From assembly GCA_043228905.1 (NCBI GenBank), contig JBHGNT010000011.1, positions 7,006,001 through 7,070,000 of the forward strand: a stretch of 64,000 bases of DNA, given 5' to 3'. Origin of the DNA: Azolla caroliniana. Its lineage: Eukaryota > Plantae > Polypodiophyta. The position numbers and the translations under genes were made by a program. Positions within the stretch are counted from its first letter, which is position 1. Every line of letters begins with the position of its first letter. Below the pieces are notes generated by a model. It searched no databases. It worked only from the letters and a program-made list of their open reading frames with translations, and was not told the origin of the DNA. This document shows positions 1 to 12,698 of the stretch, piece by piece.

Positions 1-1254
1 AGTGCTAATGGCCTCCTCGGTTCTTTCTTTCTTATCTCCCTTGAAAGGCGTGACTACGAAGGAAGGTTCACCTTCTTTCTTGGACTCAATAGTTAATTCT
101 TGGAATTTCTTTTCCAATGCCATATTGGCCTGTCTCATTTCGGCCAATTGATTCAAGGTAGTAGTGAGCAATTGCTCAATAGTGATCTCAGCTTGTGTGC
201 GAGATGCGGATTGGGGTTGAGAGGTCTCATTTGGAGAGATCGTTCCAACTGCGTTCAAAACTTATTCCATGATGCACGCTGTGGGTATGCAATAAAATAA
301 GGAGGTTCAGAAAATACACAAGCAAAATGAATGCTTGAAATTTTGATTGAAAGAACTTTATCCAAGAAAGTATCTCATGTCTTTACCCCTCTAGACATAT
401 GAGATGTGATTCGAGATCCGATAACTATGGTAACACTATGGTGTTTTAAAAACCATGGGGGAAAACATAGCTAAGATGTATTTCTCGGATCTCTATCTTG
501 AGTAATCATGGCGGCTCCACGAGGCTCAACCATGGTTCTTACATCAATGAAATTTCCTAGATAGCCTTATATTAATGCCAACCCATCATGTATTATATGG
601 TCGAGAAAGTGTATTACGTGAAAAAACAAGTGCACTCACAAGTAATATTCTAGTCTTGCGAGCAATAAGCAAACGTGATGATAAAATGATAAAATAAGGC
701 ACTACTCATAAGAGTTAAGTAGTGACGAAAACAAGGGTAAAAAAAAAGAACCCATGTGTTACCTACGAAAAAAACAATGTCACAAATAAATGGGAAGTGC
801 AAGGTATGCACATATACATCCCAATATGATTGTTATAACTTGCACAATTGTGACATAAGCCACAAATTGATACAAGTGATGACGGTGTTGTGCGCAAAGA
901 TGTAATACTCAAATCCATGAGTAAAACATCAATAAGGGAACTCATATGGTTTTACTCATTTTCTAAGGCTTGATGATAAGAGTTAAACCTAGATGACCCG
1001 TTGAAAAAAAAAATCGTTCAACAAGCCACTCCATACGAAAAAATAGTCTACACGTAAAGGTTACATTAAAAATAAACGATGTAAATACTTTATACATGAA
1101 AAGGAAGTGGAAAAAGGAGAGTTAATTGTGGGCGGGTAAATAATAATTACTAGAAAATCATATAAGTGAAACAATACTATAAAATTAAAATTTAATTAGA
1201 ATAATCAACAATTAGGTGTATGGAATCAAACATGCCCTAAGATACGAAACCCTA

Positions 1255-1590
1255 GGGTAGTTGACATGCACCTCCTCAAGACCACCACATATCCCTAGAA
1301 TCGGCCAAGTAATGGCTAATTAAAGCGGAAAGTGGCATAGGTAAGTGACATATACCTCGTCAAGGCCACATCATCCCTTAGAATCGGCCAATTGATGGCT
1401 AATTAAAAAGGAAAGTGGCATATGTAAGCTATATATACCTTGTCAAGGCCACAACATCCCATAGAATCGGCCAATTGATGGCTTAATAGAGAGTAGAGTG
1501 GCATAGGTAGGCAACATACACCTCGTCAAGGCCACATCATCCCTTAGAATCGGCCAAGTGATGGCTCAATAGAGGGGAAGAGTGGTATAC
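1255..1590. repeat. Tandem repeat, ~83-bp unit x4, in the retroelement leader
   Basis: cctcgtcaaggccacatcatcccttagaatcggccaa..gatggct..agtggcata recurs four times. A further ~65-bp pair lies at ~1598 and ~1718. Confidence 0.85.
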
Positions 1591-2011
1591 TCAACATCAT
1601 ATGCAAAACGGCCATGAGATAAGCGTGTGCGATTAGAGCAAACACGCTCGACCCAATGCACAAGAATAATTATTATCGTAAGAGTTCAAGAGAGGAGAGA
1701 GTGGGATATATATCGCAATATGCAAAAGGCCATGAGTTGAGCGTGTGCGATTAGTGCAAACACGCTCGGCCCGATGCATAATAATAAGTAAAATTGTAGC
1801 GTAGTAGGAGGTAGAAAGAAAGAGAATAAAACGTAATACCAATTTGATTCGACCATAAAGAACGCATAATAGAAAAAGAGAAGAGATCAAAAAAGAAGAA
1901 TACCGGGTTTAGAGTGTTGTTTTGATCCTGAGAAGAGCATGACGAGCCTTGTTAGATCCCCCTCGCTCACACGCAAAAAACATCAAAACAACAAAAAAAT
2001 TGTTAGTAAAA

Positions 2012-2023
2012 GCTCTAATACCA
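2012..2023 (-). promoter_or_regulatory. Primer-binding site (tRNA-iMet)
   Basis: TGGTATTAGAGC on the minus strand, 1 nt from the LTR end; one mismatch to the canonical TGGTATCAGAGC. Confidence 0.75.
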
Positions 2024-2480
2024 CTGTTAAGAGTCTATTACTAATCAATAGACCAAATCAAGTAAAACGGAAGAAAATATATTGGATAGAAGAACCCGTT
2101 CCACCCGACCACCCCCGAGCTATGATCTAGACATAGCCAACCTACCACCGACGTCCCATACCGCCGGATATTAGGATGACTAATACCTTGGAAGAGATAA
2201 ACACGATCGTCGAGACGAAAGCCTAGCCCGCACCACCGGTGTCTACGACAGCAGCCTTCCGACGTGATGATTCCTATGAGGGTAGCTAAGCCTCATATTT
2301 ATACCTTTTCCTAGGCCCCTTGAATAGATGTGCCTTTCTAAAAGGCTCTCTATTCATTGGTTGTCTAAATCATGATAGTGCATGCACATATCATTCATTC
2401 TATCCAATCATTAGTCCCCTTTTTAATAATAGTGAACATACCCTTCACTAATGTAAATATTAGTGACCTACCCTCACCAA

Positions 2481-4245
2481 CGTTATGTGTACATAACACG
2501 TGGAGAAAACCGTTCCTAGGCGGAAACGGGGTATAACGTGCGTAAACCAGCCCTTACACGTGGGCACAAGTTTGTTGTATAGTTCGTAGGTAGGTACAAG
2601 TCGCCTAAGGCGAAATCCCAGGTAGTACACGTTCAGTAGGGAGGAAATTGAGGCACATCCCTATCCGAAAGGACAGGGAATAAACATGATGTAACGAGTG
2701 GTAACAGCCTCCCTCCTTGGGTTATAAAAGAGAGGGAGAAGTGAGAGACAGATATAGGGTTTTGGGAGCGAGGAGGAAGTGATGTCGGACCGGGACCGAG
2801 CTCTCTCCTCCATCGTTCGACTTTCTCTGCAGGATTTCGGACTGTGTTGCCTCTGCTTCGTGGACAGCCCATGTGCTTCCGGCAGAGGCTCCACTGTGCA
2901 GTCGGGTTGTGTGCGTGCGTGAGCATCGTGTGTATGTGTGTGTGTCCGCCTAGGTTGGGTCCGTCGTCGGCTTGCCGGTTGTAATCGTTGTCGATTGTAA
3001 TTAAGACTTCATTCTCTGTCTCTTTCCTCCTCTGTGTTTCTGCAAGCTGTGCTCTCTCTCTCTCTCTCTTCCCTCTTTCTCACGCCCCTTGGTTCAAGGC
3101 CCCCGCGGTCCCGCCTCTTTCCGAATCAGAAGAGCGTAACAACGCGACATATTTGGTGAACCCGACGTGAACAAGCAGCAAAGGAGTGAAGGATGATGGG
3201 ATCCGAGCTTGCTGAAGCTATGGCCATAGCCGTCGACCGGCTAGTGAGCGCTCACGAGGGAACGGGTGCCCTCGACAGGGCCATTGAGTCGATCGTCAGC
3301 ACCATTGGTCGATTTGGTGGGAAGAATGCCACGAGCTACTTGGAGGCCTACCGGGCCGAAATGATCATGAGGGATATCTCAGTGGACATGCAGTTGTCCG
3401 GATTCCCTCGGATAGTGACGCCGAGCATCCGCGTAGAGGTGCTCGAGGTGTTGGCCGGATGCCGGACTTGGGAGGAATTTGAGCTGCGGCTCCTCGAGAT
3501 GTATGGCTTCGATGACTCGCTTCGGTTGTCGAAGCGAGACTTCATGGCTTGGGTTGAGAGCCTAGGGAAGGGGAGAAACGCATTGGCGCTCCTCCAGGAG
3601 TTCGAGAAACGGTTCGCACAGTTGTCAACGCTGGACCGGACCATGCTTGACACAAGCCGAGTACTATTGTTCATCAAGGTGGTGCACGCCATGGACCGGG
3701 AGAAGGTGGGTCTCCTGTTGGAAATGGACGAAGGTCTCACGGCAGACTGGGCCATGGTAAGGAGGGTCTGCGGTCGTTTCGACAAGCGGCGCGAGTGGAG
3801 CGATGAGGGCTCGTCGGCGGCAAGGCCGGTCCCGGCGAGGGAGCTCGAGGAGCTGGTCTCGGTACCGGTTAGGAAGGAAGAAACTCGGAGTTGGCTTGAG
3901 ACGGGCTCAGCCCCGAGCGGAGTGGTCAAAGGTCCCTCCGGAGGCGCAGCTCTAGAAGAGTTGTCACAGATGGTGCGAGATCTCCAAATTGCACAGGGGC
4001 GAACAGTCTCGTGACCGAAGGCCGCCAGCAAGGCAGCGGTGCATGTGGTGCGACGCGGTCGGTCACATACGGAAAGAATGCGCGGATTTCGCAGAGGCAC
4101 TTAAGAGCAACGTGGTTTACCTCTGGAACGGGCAGGTGCACGCGAGTGAGACCCGGAAAGTCCTAGAGTTGAATTCGGGGCGCGGCGGAATGAAGCGGTT
4201 GATGGAAGAGGCTGCGGCACGACATGTAGAGGTCGTTAACTATTC
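2481..4245 (+). mobile_element. 5' half of a Ty3/gypsy non-chromovirus-like element (LTR ~2481-3149, tRNA-Trp PBS, gag), truncated
   Basis: TATA (tataaaag) at ~2723, LTR ending in CA, PBS at 3154-3171, then a gag ORF and a CCHC knuckle (CMWCDAVGHIRKEC). Confidence 0.75.
3154..3171 (+). promoter_or_regulatory. Primer-binding site complementary to tRNA-Trp
   Basis: TGGTGAACCCGACGTGAA is the reverse complement of the plant tRNA-Trp 3' end (..TTCACGTCGGGTTCA-CCA), as recalled. Confidence 0.8.
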
Positions 4246-4249
4246 TTGA
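3193..4249 (+). pseudogene. gag: Gypsy gag (frameshifted near 4000; CCHC zinc knuckle)
   Basis: ORFs 3193-4014 and 3989-4249, directly after the PBS, with a CX2CX4HX4C motif. Confidence 0.75.
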
Positions 4250-7200
4250 TGCGACCGAGGTGAACACAACAATGTATGCAAAGGGACTCAAGGTTGAGTC
4301 TGATATTGAGTTGTGGCACAAACGGGTTGGCCATGTAAACCTCGATAAACTCTGATCAATGCAAACAAAAGGGGTTGTGCATGGATTGCCACAATTCACT
4401 TCGAAACATCCTGATAATGTATGTGAGGCGTGCCAACTAGGCAAGCAACATAAGCATCCATTCCTAAGTGAAAGAAATGTGAGTAAAGGCTTGTTGGACG
4501 TCATGCACTCAGATGTATGGGGCCCAGCTCAAACAACGACAATCGGTGGGTGTAGGTACTTCGTTACCTTCATTGAAGACTATTCGTAGCATACTTGGAT
4601 ATGCCCGATGAAGTCGAAAAGTGAGGTCTTCTCCCACTTTCTCAAGTTAAAGAATCGCATGGAAAATGAAACGAATCGCAAGATTCGATGCTTACGGTCT
4701 GATGGTGGCCAAGAATACTTCTCAACCGAGTTCAAAGCCTTTCTAGAAGAGAAGGGGATTCGCCGGGAATTCTCTTGCCGGTACACACCACAACAAAATG
4801 GTGTTGCTGAGCGGAAGAATCGCACAATTCTTGAGATGGTGTGCGCCATGCTGCATGAAAAGAACATGCCCAAGATCTATTGGGCAGGGGCAGCAATTAT
4901 GGCTATGTATCTCATCAATAGGTGCTTGACCGAGGGTGTCCATGACATCACCCCTCACAAGAAGTATTTTGGGACAAAGCCAGACCTTTCGCACTTGAAG
5001 GTTTTTGGTAGCATTGCATTTGTGCATGTCCCCGATGAGAAGCGGAGAAAGCTTGACCCAAAATCAAAGAAGATGATCCTCATCGGTTACTCACTTGAGC
5101 AAAAAGGTTATAAGTGTTTTAACACCATCACTCGACAATCACGAGTAAGCCGAGATGTGGTATTTGATGAGGTCACATCATGGTATGGCCCAACATCAGT
5201 GACCCCCGTCGTGCTCGAAACAAGCAAATCTGGAGCAGATTCTCAGAGTGAAGAAGAAGAGATGCTAACGACCATTATGGGTGGAGAACCAATAGAGAGT
5301 TTGCCCACACTCCAGTTGACTGGACCTGAGGTGTCATCCAGCAATCAGAGTCTTGCATAGCATGAAGAAACCTCTGATGTGCTGTCACCTTGGTGTTATA
5401 CCTGTAGAAAGAAGAAAAAGGGCAAGATGTCTGAGCAAGAGGCCAAAGACATGACATCTGGTGAAGACTCAGATCATCCACCTCGATCGGTCCATAGCAA
5501 GTATGAAATGAAGAAGGCCCTAGAGGTGACCAAAGGAAAACTCCGTCAATCAAACCGACAAAAGAACTTGATAATTAGGTTTGGCTACAATGAGTACATG
5601 GCCCACCACTATGCATTCATGATGAAGGTCGCAGCAGACCAAGAACCCGAGACTTACAAAGAAGCTGCCCAAGATCCCCGGTGGATCGAGGCAATTAGGG
5701 AGGAGATGCGCGCGTTGTTTGACAACGATACTTGGGATTTAGCCCCATCCTCTGAAATCAAGAAAAAGCCAATTGGTTGTCATTGGGTGTTCAAGATAAA
5801 GTATAATACAGATGGCACGGTCAATCGGTTCAAGGCTCGGCTAGTCGCCAAAGGGTATGCACAAACCCATGGCATAGACTATGAGGAAACATTTGCCCCA
5901 ATGGCAAAAATGACCACCGTGAGGACAGTAATTGCACTCGCAATAGCGAAAGGATGGCACTTGCATCAAATGGATGTGAAGAACGCATTCCTCTAAGGTG
6001 AGCTCGAGGAGGAAGTTTACATGATCCAACCACATGGCTTCGAATCAAACAAACATCCACATGCAATTTGCCGATTGAAGAAGCCGCTCTATGGATTGAA
6101 GCAAGCCCCAAGAGCATGGCATTCAAAATCACATCATATCTTCACGACATTGGCTTCCGGATGTCAAAATCTGATAACTCGTTGTATGTTCAGAACAATC
6201 CCAAAAGCCCCATCTTCTTACTCTTGTATGTCGATGACCTTGTCATCGGTGGAGAAAGCCTCACCGAGATACAAAAGATTAAAAAGCTGCTTTTACAAAA
6301 GTTCAAGATGAAGGATTTGAATGACTTACATTATTTTCTCGGCATCGAGGTCATTCAAACTCTAGAAGGGTTCCTACTCTCACAATGACGCTATGTGTTG
6401 AACTTGCTCTACAAGTTCGGAATGACCGAATGTAAGTCCATCTCCACACCCCTTGATCGAAATATGAAGCTAACTGCAAATTCTGGAAAATTTTGCAAGT
6501 CGACACAGTATCGCCAAATAATTGGGAGTCTTATCTACCTAACTATCACCCGACCAGACCTCAACTATCCGATCAGGGTTCTTAGCCAGTTCATGGAAAC
6601 CCCCCGCGACACTCACATGGATTGTGCCAAGCGAGTGTTACGTTATATTAGTGGAACACTTAATTATGGTATCTTCTATAAGCGTGGAGCACCACTTCGA
6701 CTCAAAGGTTTCACGAATGCTTATTGGGCAGGCAATGCATCTGATAGGCGATCCACTTCGGGATTTATGGTTTCACTCAGTAGTGGAGTAGTCTCTTGGA
6801 GCAGCAAGAAACAACCAACAGTCGCTCTATCAAGCACTGAGGTGGAGTATAGGGCCGCAGTTGTAGCTGCTTGCGAAGTTGTATGGCTTAAAAGACTACT
6901 GAAAGACTTCAATGAATTGGTGAACAAGCCAATACTAATCCACTGTGATAATCTCAGCAGCATCCAGCTTGCAAAGAATCCGTTGTTTCATGCGCGGACT
7001 AAGCACATTGAGGTGCACTATCATTACATCCGTGAGCGCATATTGGCCGATGACATTGACCTCCAATACGTTCGCACCAACATGCAAGTGGCTGATATTT
7101 TCACTAAGGCGCTAGGTCTCAACAAGCTATGGCAATTCTCAGTGGATCTAGGCCTTAGACCACTTGATATGCTCAGCTTGGGGGAGAGTAAAAGTACAAA

Positions 7201-7955
7201 GACAAAGGAAAACATGGAGAATCAGCACGATACAAGAGGAAGAGTGAGACCGGCACATCTAATCTAACTTGACCCGGCAAGTTAGAGGAAGACTTTCCAA
7301 AGCCCGGAATTTTTGAAGCTCGAAATTTTGGATTGGCAAGATCAACATTGCTAGATCAAGATCGAGTACATAGGAACAATGGGAAAACCACAGTCTAGTA
7401 GTCCAACCAACTACAGTTGGGTCTTCAACTACACCAAGACAACCAAGCTTAAGAGGACACACAATTGACCTTGAGGGGGCGTTTTGAGAATCAAGCTCAA
7501 CTTGTGTGAACATGTGCTTATGAAGAAAAGGACGATGTGTGAAAAAGTGTGTGAGCACACTTTATTGTAATCTGTGTAGTTGTCGAGTGTGTGAGAGCAC
7601 ACTTTATTGTAATCCGTGTAGTTGTCAAGTGTTAGTGTGGTCAAAGAATATTAGATATTCTTATGACAAAATCGTACTCAAGTGGATGTCTTGGTTAGAT
7701 TCCACCAACACATTTAATAGGGCAATCCCTTGAGGACTTGTATATAAACTCCCCTTTGGCCATTTAGTTTAGTTGATGATCTTTAGTTAATTAATATAGC
7801 TCTCTTAAGTGCATAAGTTGCCATCCCCCTACTGTGTATTTTCTTATTATTTTCTGGTTATTCTCTCTTATTTCTTCTCTTGTTTATTCACCCACTCTCA
7901 CACAAACACACTACGCTTCTGAATACTCAACTCTACTAGAGTTAGATTCTTTACA
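4242..7955 (+). mobile_element. 3' part of a degenerate Ty1/copia element (GAG-pre-integrase, integrase, RT, RNase H, PPT, 3' LTR ~7482-7955)
   Basis: Motifs LWHKRVGH, HSDVWGP, RSDGGQEY, QQNGVAERKN, KARLVAKGY, QMDVKNAFL, YVDDL, CDNLS and RTKHIEV in INT-RT-RH order. Purine tract gagggggc at ~7473, followed by an LTR ending ttaca. Confidence 0.9.
4250..7267 (+). pseudogene. pol: Copia pol, fragmented by stops and frameshifts
   Basis: ORF pieces 4359-4589, 4608-5360, 5379-5996, 6068-6388 and 6395-7267. Confidence 0.9.
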
Positions 7956-7988
7956 ATATATTTAATGTGTAGAGAGTAGTGGTGTGAC

Positions 7989-10346
7989 TAGTGTTGGGCA
8001 AAGTTTCTAGTCCCTACCGGAAATTTTCCTGCTTCTTATGATCCTAACCGGAAATTAAAAATTTTAACCTACCACTTTCCTACGAGTGATAATGTCAACC
8101 GGAACATGTTAAATTTTCTTTTGGCACTGAAACTAATGAATGTAAGATCTTAATCAAATCCACAACCTTTTATCATGTAATCTTTTCTTGATGACCTATT
8201 TACCATTGCGTTGGCCAAAGACTTAGACGTCCTTGGCAACACATGAATGTTTAAGGCTTCAATATTATTCATAACTTGTCTATATCTAAGTTGTTTACAA
8301 ACAACAATGTATAGTTACATTTCTAGGAAATTAGCCTCTCCTATCCACACAAAAAATCATGGCATTTGGTACTTTGGTTATATACATTATACAAATTAGA
8401 ATGATTGAAAAGCTATTATTCCAATAATGGTTATTTAGGCCTATCAATTTTTTCCCAGCCTTATCTGGGTTGCCTATCAACAATTTCTAGCTTTGTGAAT
8501 TCATTGAGCTCTACAATGGAAAAAAGGAACAAACCATACTTTTATATAGCTTTGAGCCACCACCAACATTGCCAATAAAAGAATAGTGACACATGGAATG
8601 GACACCAAAAACATATTTTATTATTGCTTTTAGAGGACAAAATATGGCCTACAAGGACCCAAAGTGAAACATTTTCAGTATGTGGAATCGATTAGTGACT
8701 TTCATGAAATGGAATGAACTAAACTTAAGTGTTCATATCTCTACATATACAACATCTACAAGTGAAATAAACAAAAGAAAGTTAGATAGGAGAATGATAT
8801 GATACTCACTCTAGTCAAACTCAAGACCCGAGCAACTAATGTAGATCTCGTTGTTGATACAAAAGAAACAATGTCTCTAGTTCTACTCTCGTTCAAATCA
8901 ATAGATAAAAAAATCATTAAATTCAATTTATCTTCCCCAAAAGAACTTGTTTTTTAAATTAAGGTGTTCTTTAAACGAATGATTTTGAATATGCAAAATT
9001 AAATTTTCACTTTCTAGGCATTACATTTTATGAACATCCACATATTCATCTGTCTCATCAACAATCTCTTCCTACATTATTATTAACCCACAAAGGTGCA
9101 TGAGATGAAAGAAACAAAGCACCCATAGTTGAGATGTATGTGCAAACTGCTTGGAGTTTAATACACAAATGAATTAGCCACATTAAGGCAAACACGAAAA
9201 CATACCTCTTATGGTTTGATGAGTTGAGGGTTCCTTCTGCATTTGCATAGATCGGAAGGCTATCAAACATCTCATAATCTCCACAACATGAGTACAAACA
9301 GATGGCCTTATGTCCTACATCATTGGTATGTTGTTGACATAGAGACAACATATTAAATCAGTGTCCATATTAATTGCACAAAAGATCGGTTTCTTGTGGG
9401 CAATAACCAATTAAAGCACGGTACATATATCTACATTACATGATAGAAGTATTCCATCTCCATCATCTGACCAACTAATTCCAATTCCTGCTAAACAAGA
9501 AAAGACGAATTCATCTTCTCCAACAACAGTTAGAAATTATGTGAAGCAGTACGTAATCATGTGGTTCATGCTTTTATATAATCCTAACACATATGATTCA
9601 ACATGCCGGCCCCCTCCCTTGTTCCTTGATAGAAATCCCGTCCCACTAATTATTGCTTCCAATTTCCTATCTATGTTAGCAAGTTGTAGCATCGACAATA
9701 AAAGCTCTAAAACCTTGAGTACATTTACCAAAAAATTCATTATGATGATAAGAAAAAACCCAAAACATTGATCCATAATGAAGATAAAAACAAAAAATAT
9801 TGCCAGTTACATAACAAAAATAAGGGAAGGTTTAAAGGAAAACAAAATTTATTGAAGAAAATGACTTACTTTCTTCTTGTCAGGGCCGAATTTCTCAAAT
9901 TTCACTACTCCTTCGATGAGTACACTATTTGCGAAGAGGTAATATAGACATGGGAAAAGAGAGGGAAAATAGGGGAAAAAGAAGTAGGGGAACAGGGAAA
10001 ATGAGGCATTCGACAGTAGGGGAACAGGGAAAAGAGGGGAAAAAGAGGGATTTGAGAGTAGGGAAACAGGGAAAAACATGGTCAAAGAGGGGGGAAAGAG
10101 GGATTCAAGAGTAGGGAAACGGGGAAAAACACAGTGAAAGAGGGGGAAAGAGGGAAACTCGTTTTTTTAACATTATTTTTTTAAACAAAATGCATAAATA
10201 GCTGGCTACAAAAATATGAACTGGCTAGATTCCGGTTTTTGGGAAATTCTAGCCGAAATAAGTTCCGTGCTCTCTCCCACCTTGGCCGGCAAAGTCCCAA
10301 CGTAACCAGAACACTAACATTGTTCCTAGGACTTTGCCCAACATTG
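7989..10346. mobile_element. hAT-superfamily DNA transposon, degenerate or non-autonomous
   Basis: TIRs TAGTGTTGGGCAAAGTTTCTAG / CTAGGACTTTGCCCAACATTG, with a perfect 8-bp TSD GGTGTGAC at 7981-7988 and 10347-10354. AT-rich interior with no intact transposase. Confidence 0.85.
9950..10160. repeat. Purine-rich subterminal repeats inside the hAT element
   Basis: Repeated gagtaggg(g)aaacagggaaaa / aagagggggaaagaggg motifs. Confidence 0.7.
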
Positions 10347-10354
10347 GGTGTGAC

Positions 10355-10427
10355 TCTTGACCTTTGAGTAATCATATATTCTCAAAAGGTGTGTTCACAT
10401 GTTGCACCTTGAGCTTGATTCTCAACA
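10355..10427 (-). repeat. Inverted copia LTR terminus fragment
   Basis: The reverse complement reads tgttgagaatcaagctcaa.., matching the start of the LTR at 7482. Confidence 0.55.
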
Positions 10428-12698
10428 AAGAGCATTTGCGACTCACTTAGCTCCATCAACATAAACATTGAAGAGGACGAAATGGTGCAAGTGTGCTTGG
10501 GCGGCCTCGCACAACAGTTCGACCCGATAAGGACCACGTCCAAACCAAGACCAAGATGTCGGAAGGACAAATGTTTTTCTCGAATTCGGATGGTGGCTGA
10601 GGACGAGGTCGAGGCGGTAGAAGAGGTCGATTCAGCCCATCTCACAAAGGGAACTCAAACCTTCGACAAGAAGACGGAAACCATCGAGGAACCTTCGGAA
10701 GAAGGGGGAGCTTCCATGCCGAACAAGGTCGGCAAATGTGGCCCATTACTTGCAACTTTTGTGGGAAGGTCGGCCACCGCGAAGAGGAGTGTCGAAAGAG
10801 AAGAAGAAAGAAAGAAAGAAGAGAGTCGGCTTCCACAAGCTGACAAATCACAAACTACACCACCAACTCCGAATGTGACGACTGCAATGGACTATTCGTA
10901 ATGAAACATAAAGCAAACTCTATGTCGGCATCCGAATCCACAAGCACCTCCAACTCGGAAGACGTGTGATTCGTCGCCTCCGGCGCCTCATATCATATGA
11001 CGTCACACCAAGAGTGATCTAGTGACGTAAGAACGTCAGATCGACCTAGCTACATAGAGACGGGAGATGATACCACACATCCCATTCGGCACATCGGCAA
11101 CATTCCATTTGGCAAAGACAGCAAAAACAATTGCATCAAGAATGTCTTGCACGTGCCTACAATAACAAAGAATTTGGTCTCAGTAGGCCAAATCGTGGAG
11201 CAAGGAATGCAAGTTCGTTTCAACAACGAAGGATACTTTATAGAAAAAGATGGCTGACTCATAGCTAGGGGACAGAGAGACGGCCGAATGTTCATTCTCG
11301 ATTCAATCGAGATAAAATTGACCATGTATGCCAAAGGTCTAAAAACCAAGACGAACATCGAGTTGGGGCACAAGAGAATCGACCACATCAACCTCCAACG
11401 GCTCCGAGCTATGCAATCAAAGGGAGTCATCATCGGACTTCCGACCTTTGAGTCTAAATGAGTGGACCAACTGTGTGAAGCATGTCAACTCGGCAAACAA
11501 CATCGACTCCCATTTCCAAAGTATGAGGTACATAAGCAAATGCCTCCTTGACGTCATCCCCTCTGATGTATGGGGACCGTCCCAAATGCCGAGAATTGGA
11601 GAATTTCGGTACTACGTGACCTTCATCGACAACTACTCCCGCGACATGTGGATCTTCCCGATGAAGAAGAAGAGTGAAGTGCTCTCCCACTTTCAAAAAA
11701 CTCAAGAGCCGAGTTGGAAAAAAAACCGGTCGGCACATTCTATGCCTACGATCGGTTGGAGGCAAGGAGTACTTCTCCAATGAATTCATCTCCTACCTCC
11801 AAGGTGGAGGCATCCAAAGAGAATTATCATGCTGACACACACCTCAACGATATGGAGTAGCCGAAAGAAAGAATAGGCACATACTCAAGGTAGCACGCGC
11901 CATGATGCATAAGAAGCACATGCCGAATTTCTATTGGGCCGAAGCGGCATCCACGGTCGTCTATCTCATGAATCGATGCACCACTAATGGAGTGCATGAG
12001 CTAACTCCATACGAGCTCTTTGTTGGAAGGAAGCCAATCCTCACACACCTCAAAGTGTTCAGAAACATTACATATGTACACATCTCGAACGAAAAACGAT
12101 AGAACCTCGACGCGAAGTTGGAGAAATGTATCCTCGTAGGATACTCGCCTAAGCAAAAGGGATACAAGTGCTTCAAGCCTTCGACCCGAGTGGTTCGGGT
12201 AAGTCAGGACGTAGGCTTCGACGAATCGACATCATGGTATGAGCTTGATTCGGCTCCATCCGAACCGAATGAGGAAGAGTTGGACGTCAACTCGGATAAC
12301 GACATTCGGCCATGGCCTGTACTACAGGAAAGTCCAAGCTCAACCATGGTGAACGGACCATAAGAACCTCCAAGCACCGAAAGCATACCTCAACCAGGGG
12401 CCGGCTTGGACAAAGGCAAAGGTAAGATGCCCAAATATGCAGTCAACCACCCCAATGAAAGTGGTTCGGATGTGTCAGCTCACTCACTAGACAGTGAGTT
12501 TGGTGTACCCATTATACGAACACCCAGAGTACAAAAGACGCTCACGTCGGCAAACAAAAAACTTTGACACTCATTTCGAGAGAAGGACCCGGTCACTCGG
12601 TTCGGCTACAACGAGTATATGTCCCATCATTGTGCCTTCGTGATGAAGGTCACAGCCAAACAAGAGCTTGAAAGCTTTACAGAAGCTGCTCATGACCC
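10428..12698 (+). mobile_element. Degenerate Ty1/copia internal region (gag, protease, integrase, start of RT), interrupted by a gypsy LTR
   Basis: EDEMVQVCLGGLA, SDVWGP, FYWAEAAST and KCILVGYS; homologous to the copies at 17.5 kb and 28.9 kb. Confidence 0.85.

Larger units (their letters stand above)
1..2480 (-). mobile_element. 5' part of an LTR retrotransposon (5' LTR ~2025-2480, Met PBS, ~1.7-kb leader, start of degenerate gag); continues beyond the left edge of the window
   Basis: gctctaatacca at 2012-2023 (reverse complement of TGGTATTAGAGC, a tRNA-iMet PBS) abuts TG at 2025. A minus-strand TATA (tataaata) lies near 2300. A decayed gag-like frame runs ~271 to 1 (..FVVTPFKGDKKERTEEAIST). 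Confidence 0.65.

Noticed and set aside
9058-9776. Short ORFs as a host gene
   Set aside because: They lie inside the TIR/TSD-bounded element, have no convincing domain, and look like decayed AT-rich sequence.
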